This document shows, one piece after another, positions 27,589 through 36,159 of a stretch of DNA of 48,076 bases. This DNA is from Candidatus Krumholzibacteriia bacterium. Lineage in GTDB: Bacteria > Krumholzibacteriota > Krumholzibacteriia > LZORAL124-64-63. The notes below the pieces were generated by a model. It was not told the DNA's origin. It did no database searches and worked only from the letters and a program-made list of their open reading frames with translations. Position 1 is the first letter of the stretch. The number at the start of each line of letters is the position of its first letter. The position numbers and the translations under genes are program-made. The DNA is taken from contig JAWOID010000049.1 in NCBI GenBank assembly GCA_046484865.1, positions 1 to 48,076 of the forward strand, given 5' to 3'.

Positions 27589-28830
27589 CTAGTCGGTGGC
27601 GAGGCGCAGCGGCATCAGCAGGCAGAGCAGCTCGCCGCTCGTCTCGCCATTCTCGTCGACCGGCTCGAACACGGCCGCGCTCTGGGGGTCGCGCAGCGAG
27701 ACCTGCACCTGCTGCGTGCGCATGTTCTTGAGGATGTCCTGCAGGTAGGCGTAGTTGAACCCGATCTCCAGCGCCTCGCCGTCGTAGGAGACGTCGAGCT
27801 CGTCCTCGGCGCGGGCGCCGTCGGTGCCGCGCGACTGCAACTCCATGCGTCCGGACTCGACCCCCATCTTGATCTGGCTGGTGATCCGGTCGGCGGTGAT
27901 GGCCACCCGGCGCACCGCGCTTTGCATCAGCTCGCGTTCGACGATCAGCTTCTTGTCGTTGTTCTGGGGCAGGACGGCGCGGTACTCCGGGAACGGGCCC
28001 TCGAGCAGCCGCGCGTGCAGCACGGACGGACCGACGCGGAAACTGAGCTGGTTATCGCCCATGAAGATCTCCACCTCGGCGGGACTCGCGGCGGCCGCCG
28101 CGGCGTCCAGGCCGTCGTCGGCATCGGCGTCGAGCGCGCCCTGATCGGCGCTCGAACTGTCGGCCTTCTCGCCGCGGCTCCGGTCGAGCTTGCCGACGGC
28201 CAGGCCGCCCACCAGGCGCGGCAACTGCTTCAGTGCGTCGGTCGCGACGATCAGGTCGCGCGGCTTGTCCACGCTCCAGTCCAGGCTGCGTGTGCTCAGG
28301 GCCAGGCGGTGCGCGTCGGTCGCGACGAGGGTCAGCCCCTCGGGCCTCACTTCCCACAGGATGCCCATGAGCGCGGGGCGGGTCTCGTCGCGCGACACGG
28401 CGTAGGCGGTCTGGTTCACCATGGTCGTGAGCACGCCGACCGGCATGGTGAGCGCCTTCTTCGCGGCCAGCGCCGGCAGAGCCGGGAACTCGTCGGCGTT
28501 CATGCTCGCTTCCTCGAGCGAAGCCTTGCCCGCGCGCAGCTTCACGCGGCCGTCCTTCTCCTCGAGGGTCACCGGCCCGGGCGCCAGGTTGCGCACGAAC
28601 CCGAGCAGCTTTTGCGCCGGGATGGCGGCCTTCCCCTCGCGCGCGACCTTGGCCGCATCGGTGGTGGTCACGGCGGAGATGTCGAGGTTCGTCACCGACA
28701 GGCGCAGTTCCTCGTTCTCCACCTCGAAGAGGATGGCCGTGAGGATCGGCAAGGTGGTCTTGTTCGGCACGACGCTCGCCACGACCTCGAGGGCCCGCTG
28801 CAGGTCTTCCTGCTGGATCTCGAACTTCAC
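27589..28830 (-). CDS. dnaN: DNA polymerase III beta sliding clamp
   Basis: GTG start after GGAGG; TTLPIL, EFPALP, VATDAHRLA, LLEGPFPEY, IGFNYAYL and LLMPLR. Confidence 0.97.
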   Translation of the reverse strand: MKFEIQQEDLQRALEVVASVVPNKTTLPILTAILFEVENEELRLSVTNLDISAVTTTDAAKVAREGKAAIPAQKLLGFVRNLAPGPVTLEEKDGRVKLRAGKASLEEASMNADEFPALPALAAKKALTMPVGVLTTMVNQTAYAVSRDETRPALMGILWEVRPEGLTLVATDAHRLALSTRSLDWSVDKPRDLIVATDALKQLPRLVGGLAVGKLDRSRGEKADSSSADQGALDADADDGLDAAAAAASPAEVEIFMGDNQLSFRVGPSVLHARLLEGPFPEYRAVLPQNNDKKLIVERELMQSAVRRVAITADRITSQIKMGVESGRMELQSRGTDGARAEDELDVSYDGEALEIGFNYAYLQDILKNMRTQQVQVSLRDPQSAAVFEPVDENGETSGELLCLLMPLRLATD

Positions 28831-28984
28831 GATCCCATCCTCCGAGGGAAGGTTGCCGTCACCCGGCCCAAGCCAGATGAATGCCAGCGGTCCGCCGGAT
28901 CTGCTGACCGGGTCGCCATGATAGCGTCTGGGGTGGGGAGCATCAAGGCTGCTTGCCGGTCGGAGTCGTGCTCTCCTCTGCTTC

Positions 28985-29210
28985 CTTATAGAGATAATCC
29001 GGGGTAGCAGCAGTAGTAGGGGTTGGGGATGGTTGGGACAACTCGGGGATTCGCCCGGTGGCCCGGATCGACGGGCGCCGATGGCCCGATCCGCGCCTGG
29101 CCGACTGGGGGAAATCCCGTGGACCCCCATCCCCGAAATCCCCCACCCCCCATGGGGAAAATCCCCAGGCGTACCGCTGTCCGCCTTGACGCACCACTCG
29201 TCCCCAGCCT
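28985..29210. other. Predicted oriC unwinding region (DnaA boxes, DnaA-trios, AT-rich tract)
   Basis: The minus strand reads TTGTCCCAA CCATCCCCA ACCC CTACTACTGCTGCTA ... TTATCTCTATAA just upstream of dnaN, the B. subtilis-type basal unwinding layout. Further ..TCCCCA-like boxes at 29106, 29153, 29159 and 29198. Confidence 0.75.
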
Positions 29211-30084
29211 TGTGCGCACGGAGAGGCAGCGAAAAGCGGGCTTTCGCGGCAGTTGGAGAGGTGGGAAGGGGCGGCCGGCGGTGTCGAGCCGGGGATTGCG
29301 GAGGGGCGTAGATCGGGCGTAGAAGGCGCGTTGGCGCGGCCGGCGGACTCCTGGGTGCGCGGGTGGCAGGGAGAGAACGGGCGGATTTCGAGGGCGAACA
29401 GACAGCGGAGGTGGTCGCGGGGCGGCGGCTTGGGACGCGGGATAAACAGTTATCTGGCGAGGGATTGCGGCTTGAACCTCGAGTGCGCGGTCGCGGAGGA
29501 ACTCGCGGTTGAGTTCCTGGGGCTGGCCGCGAGCGGGGTCAGTGCGGGCGGTGCGGGGCGGAAGAAGGCGCTGAAAAAGGGGATTTCCGTCGGGGTGCCG
29601 ACGCCGCAGATGACTCTATACCAGTCGTTTGCGGCATCCTCCCAGAAGGTTCGCGGGAGTTTCGCGCCGGGAGGCCGAGGAAGCGGCAGGACCTGGTATA
29701 CAAAATACAGAGAACACCCGGGTACCCGGGTACTCGCGGCTGCGGGGCACGAGGAAATGCGGTCAGGCGGCGACTCGGACCCAGTGAAGTCGTTGCTTGA
29801 TAATGCTCTAGGTGCGGACAAACCGAATATTATACAGAATACAAATGACCAAGAAGCGGGCCAGTACGCGCGGAGCCAGGCGATAGGGTCCTCGCCCCTG
29901 CGAAACTTGTTTGCCCGCGCCCCGGGTCGCCGGGTACCCGAGTACTCGAGTGACGCCCGGGTCCGGTGGGGAATCGACCTGGCGATAAACTGCGGGCAGC
30001 CCTGGCGCGGGCTTGCCCAAGCCGGGACCGTCATGAGGCCGATCCGTCGGCTCGTTCGGCTTGATCGGCTTGATAGACAGTCCC

Positions 30085-30375
30085 TCAGTTTGCCGGACCA
30101 GACGGCACCTGAGCCGAATGCCATACGGCCACGATCCAAACCGACTTGCCGACCACGCGGTAGAAGAATCGATACGGAGGAACGATCACTTCACGGTGCG
30201 GGAGTTCCGGGAACTCCGGGATCGTTCGCCCAGACTCCGGAAACTCACGTAGCCGGCCAAGCGTTTCCTCCGCTTTATCACGGAACTGCCTCGCGGCCGT
30301 TGGGCTGTCCTGCCGGATGTATTCCAGGCCTTCCAGAAACTGCCGGCGGGCAGACGGCGTAAACTTGATCTTCAA
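30085..30375 (-). CDS. Type II toxin, RelE/ParE superfamily (ParE-like)
   Basis: KIKFTPSA...LEYIRQDSPTAA...LREFPESGR...YRFFYRV...IVAVWH; TTG start overlaps the antitoxin stop. Confidence 0.9.
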   Translation of the reverse strand: MKIKFTPSARRQFLEGLEYIRQDSPTAARQFRDKAEETLGRLREFPESGRTIPEFPELPHREVIVPPYRFFYRVVGKSVWIVAVWHSAQVPSGPAN

Positions 30376-30653
30376 GACTCGTCGTCCCCGAGCAACGCGT
30401 CGGCCTCCTTCATCACGCTTTCCAGTGTAAGCCCCTTGCCGCTGGCAATCTCGCGTTCTCCAGCCGCGAGTAGCCTCAGCAACTCGCGCTCGCGCTGGAG
30501 CCTCTCGTATGCCTCGACACTCTGCATGACGGCGACGGCTCGCCCACGTTGAGTGACCACGAGCGGCCCCGCACTGGTCTGCAGTCGCTTCAGGACTGCC
30601 GCAGCGTCCTGACGAAAGTCGCTCACAGGTACGATGTCCGGAATCTTGGTCAT
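30372..30653 (-). CDS. Type II antitoxin, Phd/YefM family
   Basis: IVPVSDFRQDAAAVLKRL...PLVVTQRGRAVAVMQSVEAYE; AGGAGG RBS. Confidence 0.92.
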   Translation of the reverse strand: MTKIPDIVPVSDFRQDAAAVLKRLQTSAGPLVVTQRGRAVAVMQSVEAYERLQRERELLRLLAAGEREIASGKGLTLESVMKEADALLGDDES

Positions 30654-30669
30654 TTTGAAGCCTCCTGGT

Positions 30670-30707
30670 GTACTACCAATAGTACGCTTGGCTGTACCTA
30701 CCGTCAA
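30670..30707 (-). promoter_or_regulatory. TA promoter and autoregulatory operator
   Basis: Minus-strand TTGACG-17 bp-TACTAT; palindrome GTACTA-CCAA-TAGTAC (30670-30685) covers the -10. Confidence 0.8.
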
Positions 30708-31156
30708 CCCGCGCAACTCCTGCCGTTCAAGTCGCGGGCGATCTCAGCGCCTGATCTCTTGCGGTGTCGCGGCCTCGACATTCTGCGGCCGACCCCACGG
30801 CGAGTCCCCGGGTACCCGGGTGCTCGCAGGCAGGCAGGTACAAGGGCCGAGTGGCCGAGTCCCCGGCGACCCGGCAACCCCGGCCAAACAAGCGCGATAG
30901 AAATCTCTACACCCATGGTCAAGTTATCGGCGGCGGCGGCGGCGGCCCGAACCGCTGGGTCCGAACCGCGCCACCAGGGCCACGCTCGATCCCACCCGAA
31001 CCGCCCCGCCGACCACCCCGCCAACCACCCCCGGCCGAGCTGCACCCGATCACACCGGCCAAAACCACGCCGCCCCGGCTGGCGAGGCCGGGGCGGGGGG
31101 GATCGGACGGGTGGACCAGGGGGTCCGGACGCTTGCGAGGGGACCGGAAGACCTTT

Positions 31157-32692
31157 TCAGTCCTTTCGCTCGCGGAGCCGGTCGATGATGCTCCGCAGTA
31201 CGCCGCGGAAGGCGGGGTCCTGCTGGAACATCCCATGGACCTTCTGACAGGCGTGGGCCACGGTCGTGTGGTCCCGGTTGCCGAAGGCCCGCCCGATCTG
31301 GTTGAGGGTGCTACCGGTCATGTCTCTCGCCAGGTACATCGCGATCTGACGTGCACGGGCCAGGTCCTGGGTGCGTCGCTTGGACTTGAGCTGATCGACC
31401 GTGAACCCGAACTCGGCCGCGACGGCCTTCTGGATGTCCACGATCTTCAGTGGCCCGGTGGACTCGCTCTGGACGATGGAGGAGAGAACCTCGGAGGCCA
31501 TTTCCAGATTGATGTCCCTGCCGGTCAGGCTCGCGAAGGCGAGGAGACGGATCAGCGCCCCCTCCAGACGACGGATATTGTCGGTGATATTCTCTGCGAT
31601 GAACTCGATGACGTCGTCATCGATGCTGATCTTGTGGATCTCGACCTTGCGCCTGAGGATGGCGATGCGGGTCTCGAAGTTGGGCGGCTGGATGTCGACG
31701 ATCAGCCCCCACTCGAAGCGCGTGCGCAGGCGTAACTCGATGGTGCTGATCTCTTTGGGTGTGCGGTCGCTGGTCAGCACGATCAGCTTGCCGTCGTTGT
31801 AGAGGTCGTTGAAGGTGTGGAAGAACTCCTCCTGCGTCGACTCCTTCTTGGCCATGAACTGCACGTCGTCCACCAGCAGCACGTCGGTGGTGCGGTAGCG
31901 CTGCTTGAAGTCGTACTGCCGGCCGCGCTGGATGGCGTGGACCAGGTCGTTGATGAACTGCTCGGCCGTGACCACGCAGATGTGCAGCTGCGGCCGCGTG
32001 CGTCGGATCTGGTTGCCGATGGCGTGCAGGAGATGGGTCTTGCCCAGCCCCACCCCGCCGTGGATGAACAGCGGGTTGTAGTGCTTGCCCGGCGCGCGGG
32101 CCACGGCGGTGGCGGCGGCGAAGGCCAGGTTCGAGCCGCTGCCCACCACGAAGTTCTCGAAGATGTACTCCATCCGCAGCTGCGGGTGGAGCCGGGGTCC
32201 GCGGCCGATGTCCTCGAGATCGGCGGCGGTGGTGACGGTGGCGCCGCCACGATGGTCGCCGGCGCGACGGTGCTCGCCGCTCGTCGCGGTCGTGAGCCCG
32301 TCCGCGTCCGGTCCGGAGCCGCCGTCGGCGCCGGACGCGCGGCCCGGGCCGCCGGTGCGGTCGTCGCCCCGGAATAGCGGTCCGTTCTCCGTCCCCGAGG
32401 GGACGGTCTCGGGGTGGAAGAGTTCGGTCATCGGCTCCAGCCTCGGATTGACGGCGAGATGGAAATGGACCGGACGACCGAAGAACGCCGATCCGGCGGC
32501 ATCGAGGAGGTGAAGATGGTGTTCGCTGAACCAGTCGAGATAGAATGAATTCGGGCAGAGGACACGATAACCGCCGTTCTCAGTGGAGCCCTCGGGCTCC
32601 AGGGGCAGAAACCAGGTGTCGAATGTCTGCTGCTGAACCTTTTGTCTCACCGAGCCGAGAATCTCGGGCCAGTAGGTATCGAGTGCTTCCAT
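31157..32692 (-). CDS. dnaA: Chromosomal replication initiator DnaA
   Basis: TFDTWF, FENFVVG, YNPLFIHGGVGLGKTHL, LLVDDVQF, TQEEFFHTFN and RDHTTV. Start at ATG 32692. Confidence 0.98.
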   Translation of the reverse strand: MEALDTYWPEILGSVRQKVQQQTFDTWFLPLEPEGSTENGGYRVLCPNSFYLDWFSEHHLHLLDAAGSAFFGRPVHFHLAVNPRLEPMTELFHPETVPSGTENGPLFRGDDRTGGPGRASGADGGSGPDADGLTTATSGEHRRAGDHRGGATVTTAADLEDIGRGPRLHPQLRMEYIFENFVVGSGSNLAFAAATAVARAPGKHYNPLFIHGGVGLGKTHLLHAIGNQIRRTRPQLHICVVTAEQFINDLVHAIQRGRQYDFKQRYRTTDVLLVDDVQFMAKKESTQEEFFHTFNDLYNDGKLIVLTSDRTPKEISTIELRLRTRFEWGLIVDIQPPNFETRIAILRRKVEIHKISIDDDVIEFIAENITDNIRRLEGALIRLLAFASLTGRDINLEMASEVLSSIVQSESTGPLKIVDIQKAVAAEFGFTVDQLKSKRRTQDLARARQIAMYLARDMTGSTLNQIGRAFGNRDHTTVAHACQKVHGMFQQDPAFRGVLRSIIDRLRERKD

Positions 32693-32730
32693 GCGCCGCC
32701 CGCGACTCCCTTCCGGCGTGACCACCGAGC

Positions 32731-32881
32731 TTGTCCCCATGTTTGTCCACAGGGGCCGTCTCGACATAACTCCTTTTTTCAGAGCACGTTGATCCCGAAG
32801 AAACGAAGCCGGGCGAGGGGTTGTCCCCAGCCTGCTGCGGGTTGTGGATGGCCGGCCCTGAGTTGTTTTGACTTGTCCCCA
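32731..32881. promoter_or_regulatory. DnaA-box cluster upstream of dnaA
   Basis: TTGTCCCCA at 32731, 32821 and 32873; TTGTCCACA at 32743; TGTGGATGG at 32843. Confidence 0.75.
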
Positions 32882-33091
32882 AGTGGGGGCGAAGCTATCA
32901 CCGGGTCCCGGGGCCGAGCAAGGGATTTCTCCCCCGCCGAGGTCGCAAATTTCTAAGCGATTGTATCTGCAGGATCTACCGGTGGGGCAGCCGCCGGGGA
33001 ACCGCCCCGGGGAGAACGCCCCCGGAAAGGAAGGCTGGTGGACGGATGGGGGAAAGCCGGAGATCGCGCCGCCGGTAACCGCCCGATAACC

Positions 33092-33120
33092 TTGACAGTA
33101 GCGCGGTCCGCCGCTATCGT
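33092..33120 (+). promoter_or_regulatory. sigma70 promoter of the rpmH operon
   Basis: TTGACA-17 bp-TATCGT about 53 nt upstream of rpmH. Confidence 0.75.
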
Positions 33121-33173
33121 TGGCCCGCCGAAAAAGCCATCGACGTCGACGTCGCGATGCAAGGAGAGATCTC

Positions 33174-33308
33174 GTGAAGCGCACGTTTCAACCCAGCAAC
33201 ATCGTCCGCGCGCGCCGTCACGGCTTCCGCAAGCGCATGTCCACGCGCGCCGGCCGCCTGGTGCTCAAGCGGCGTCGGACCAAGGGGCGCAAGCGCCTGT
33301 CGGCCTGA
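33174..33308 (+). CDS. rpmH: 50S ribosomal protein L34
   Basis: [28 protein letters not shown]...GRKRLSA; AAGGAG RBS and GTG start. Confidence 0.98.
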   Translation: MKRTFQPSNIVRARRHGFRKRMSTRAGRLVLKRRRTKGRKRLSA

Positions 33309-33847
33309 TGGTCGAGCGTGAGGACCGCCTGTCGCAGTGGCGGCCCTTGAGCGACCGCAGAGAGTTCGCTCGGATCTATGAGGAAGGCGCCAAGATGGTG
33401 GGGCGCCTCCTCGTGCTTTATGTATTCCCCGCGAGCGACCACGCGAAGGCGGTGGTGGCGAGCCGCAAGGTCGGCTCGGCGGTGCGGCGCAACCGCGCGA
33501 AGCGAGTGTTGAGAGCGGCCCTGATGCAGAGCCGGCTCCGCGATCGCGCCGGTGCCGACACCGTCCGCGATCAGCTTTTTCCGGTCCGGCAGGAAGCCGG
33601 CCCCGATCGGCAGGCGAGTCCCGCCGGTCCTGCGCACGACCCGGCCGCCGCCGCGCCCGCTCCCGGAGCGCGGCCAGAGGCGGCCACCGCATCGCCCGCG
33701 TCGGGGGTGTGGGTGGTGGCGGTGGCCAGAGCGCGGATCCTGGCGGCGAAGAGCCAGGACGTGACCGCCGAGATCGAGGCGCTCCTGGACGCGGCGGCGG
33801 CCGCGAGGACGCGCGGCGCGAGCGGCGCCGGCGACCGGGCTTCCTGA
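33308..33847 (+). CDS. rnpA: Ribonuclease P protein component (with insertion)
   Basis: [10 protein letters not shown] and [18 protein letters not shown] (RNR motif); TGATG coupling to rpmH. Confidence 0.92.
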   Translation: MVEREDRLSQWRPLSDRREFARIYEEGAKMVGRLLVLYVFPASDHAKAVVASRKVGSAVRRNRAKRVLRAALMQSRLRDRAGADTVRDQLFPVRQEAGPDRQASPAGPAHDPAAAAPAPGARPEAATASPASGVWVVAVARARILAAKSQDVTAEIEALLDAAAAARTRGASGAGDRAS

Positions 33848-33935
33848 ATCGAGCCGACCCGAACGCCGAACCGGGTGCTCCGCTCCCCGTCTGCCAAACG
33901 ATCCAGGGGAAGGGGCACTCTCGGAAGCAGCACGA

Positions 33936-34238
33936 ATGTGGCGTGTGGCCGTTTTCCTGATCCGTATCTATCAGCGGCTCGTCTCGCCGTGGCTGCCCCC
34001 CACCTGCCGCTTTCATCCCTCGTGCTCGTCCTATGCGGCCGAGGCGCTGCGCCGGCACGGCATGCTGCGCGGCGGCTGGCTGACTTTGCGGCGGGTGGCG
34101 CGCTGCCATCCGTGGCACCCGGGCGGCGTGGACCCGGTTCCCCCCTTGCGCACGCCGGCCGCCGCGGACGCCCGCAGCGGCCGTCCGGGCGGCGCTCACC
34201 GTGATCGATTGCTGACTGGAGACCCTGCCGATGGATAA
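33936..34238 (+). CDS. yidD: Membrane protein insertion efficiency factor
   Basis: [10 protein letters not shown]...[11 protein letters not shown]...[14 protein letters not shown]. Confidence 0.96.
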   Translation: MWRVAVFLIRIYQRLVSPWLPPTCRFHPSCSSYAAEALRRHGMLRGGWLTLRRVARCHPWHPGGVDPVPPLRTPAAADARSGRPGGAHRDRLLTGDPADG

Positions 34239-36159
34239 GCGGACCCTCGCGGCCTTCCTCCTGATCTTCCTGATCCTGGTGGGCTGGAGCGCCATGATGG
34301 AGAGGATGGCCGGCGACCGACCGGCCACCACCGAGCCCGACACCACCGTGGCGGCGGAGCGGCGGATCGAGCCCGACCTGCGCCTGCGGGAGGAGACGGG
34401 CGAGGCGGGCATGGCGCCCGGCGGCGAGATGGCGGAGCGGCTCGCTCGCCAGGAACGGACAGGCCAGGAACCGACGGGCCAGGAACGACCGCAGGACGAG
34501 CGGCTGTGGGATGACCGGCCGCGGGAGGACGCCCGGGACCGCGCGGCGGCCGACTGGCAGGATGAACGCACCGCTTCCCCCGTCACGGCCACCGAGGCGC
34601 TGCAGCCGGCCACGGCCGCCGGCACGCCGCAGACCGTGACGGTGAGAACCCCCCTCTACACCGCGGAGATCTCCGGCCAGGGCGCACGGATCACGAGCCT
34701 GCGCCTGGCGAACTACGACATGGACGACGGCACGCCGGTCGACCTGATCCCGGACACGGCGCCGGCGAACGGCGCCGATCTGCTGGTGTTCGAGCAGGAG
34801 ATCCTGCCCCTGGGCGACCGGGTCTTCGAGTCGGTGGGCGAGTCGACGGTGCACGTCGATTCGGGCCGACGCAGCGTGGTCTTCCGCGCGCGTACTCGCG
34901 GTGGGCTGGAGATCCGCAAGACCTACTGGTTCGAACCCGGCAGCTACGGCGTGGGTCTCGATCTGGTGGTGGCGGCCGTCGATCCGGAGCGGGCGCAGCA
35001 GACGCTGACCCTCACCGGCCGGCCCGAGCGGGTGGTCTTCGGCTGGAACCAGGGGATCGCCGTCACCGAGCGGCCGCACCAGGATGCGGTGCGGCAGATG
35101 TCGTTCGCGCGGTCGTTCGCCCGCGTGGGCGAGGACCTGCACTTCAAGAAGCGCGACGCCCTGAGCAAGTCGCCCGAGAAGGTGGAGGAGATCTACACCG
35201 GCGCGATCAGGTTCGCAGGCGTCCAGAACAAGTACTTCACCGTCATCGGAATCGTCCCGCCCACCGCCGAGGGCATGGTGAGCGAGGGACGAGCGGGTCT
35301 GAGCGGCGACCAGCAGCGCATGCAGCAGACCTGGGCTCTGGACCTGCCGCTGCGCACGGTGCGCGGCGGATCCGAGCTGGCGAGCCGGGGCATCGAGATC
35401 TATATCGGCCCGCAGAAGGACGAGCTGCTCTCGGCCTACCAGGTGGGGCTCGAAGACACCATGGACATGGGCTGGAGCGTGTTCCGGCCCCTGGCGCGGG
35501 GCGTCGTCTGGATCATGGAGCAGATGGCCCGCGTGATCCCCAACTACGGGGTGATCATCATCCTGTTCTCGGTGCTGACGAAGCTGGCGTTCTACCCGCT
35601 GACCCGCAAGAGCACCGAATCGATGAAGCGGATGCAGGAGCTGCAGCCGAAGATCAAGGAGCTGCAGGCGAAGTACAAGGACAACCGGGAGAAGCTCAGC
35701 CAGGCCACGATGGAGCTGTACAAGAAGGAGAAGATCAACCCGATGGCGGGCTGTCTCCCCCTGCTCATCCAGATGCCCGTCTTCGTGGCGCTGTACCAGG
35801 GCCTGATGCACACGATCGCGCTGCGGCACAAGGAATTCGCGCTCTGGATCGACGACCTCTCGCAGCCCGACGCCCTCTTCGCCCTGCCCTTCTCCATCCC
35901 ATTTCTCGGCAGCGAGTTCAACGTTCTGCCCATCCTCATGGCCGCGGCCATGTGGGTGCAGACCAAGCTCACACCCACCGGCGCAGCGGGCGGCCAGATG
36001 GCCCTCATGAACTCCGTGCTGCCGGTGATGATGCTCTTCTTCTTCTACCAGATGCCGTCGGGCCTGGTGATCTACTGGCTGGTCAACACGCTGATGCAGA
36101 TCTACCAGTCCTGGAGAATCCACAAGACGGCACCGCAGGGGAGTGTGACGACGGCATGA
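34231..36159 (+). CDS. yidC: Membrane protein insertase
   Basis: MDKRTL N-terminal [37 protein letters not shown] and PSGLVIYW. Confidence 0.98.
   Translation: MDKRTLAAFLLIFLILVGWSAMMERMAGDRPATTEPDTTVAAERRIEPDLRLREETGEAGMAPGGEMAERLARQERTGQEPTGQERPQDERLWDDRPREDARDRAAADWQDERTASPVTATEALQPATAAGTPQTVTVRTPLYTAEISGQGARITSLRLANYDMDDGTPVDLIPDTAPANGADLLVFEQEILPLGDRVFESVGESTVHVDSGRRSVVFRARTRGGLEIRKTYWFEPGSYGVGLDLVVAAVDPERAQQTLTLTGRPERVVFGWNQGIAVTERPHQDAVRQMSFARSFARVGEDLHFKKRDALSKSPEKVEEIYTGAIRFAGVQNKYFTVIGIVPPTAEGMVSEGRAGLSGDQQRMQQTWALDLPLRTVRGGSELASRGIEIYIGPQKDELLSAYQVGLEDTMDMGWSVFRPLARGVVWIMEQMARVIPNYGVIIILFSVLTKLAFYPLTRKSTESMKRMQELQPKIKELQAKYKDNREKLSQATMELYKKEKINPMAGCLPLLIQMPVFVALYQGLMHTIALRHKEFALWIDDLSQPDALFALPFSIPFLGSEFNVLPILMAAAMWVQTKLTPTGAAGGQMALMNSVLPVMMLFFFYQMPSGLVIYWLVNTLMQIYQSWRIHKTAPQGSVTTA

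Noticed and set aside
29253..30362. 369-aa plus-strand ORF and 229-aa minus-strand ORF in the dnaN-TA gap
   Set aside because: No recognisable motifs or codon bias, and they overlap the toxin gene; treated as non-coding, though a small gene cannot be excluded.
32693..33184. N-terminal extension of DnaA given by the ORF track (675 aa)
   Set aside because: Domain I homology starts at MEALDTYW. The upstream stretch holds DnaA boxes and the divergent rpmH promoter.
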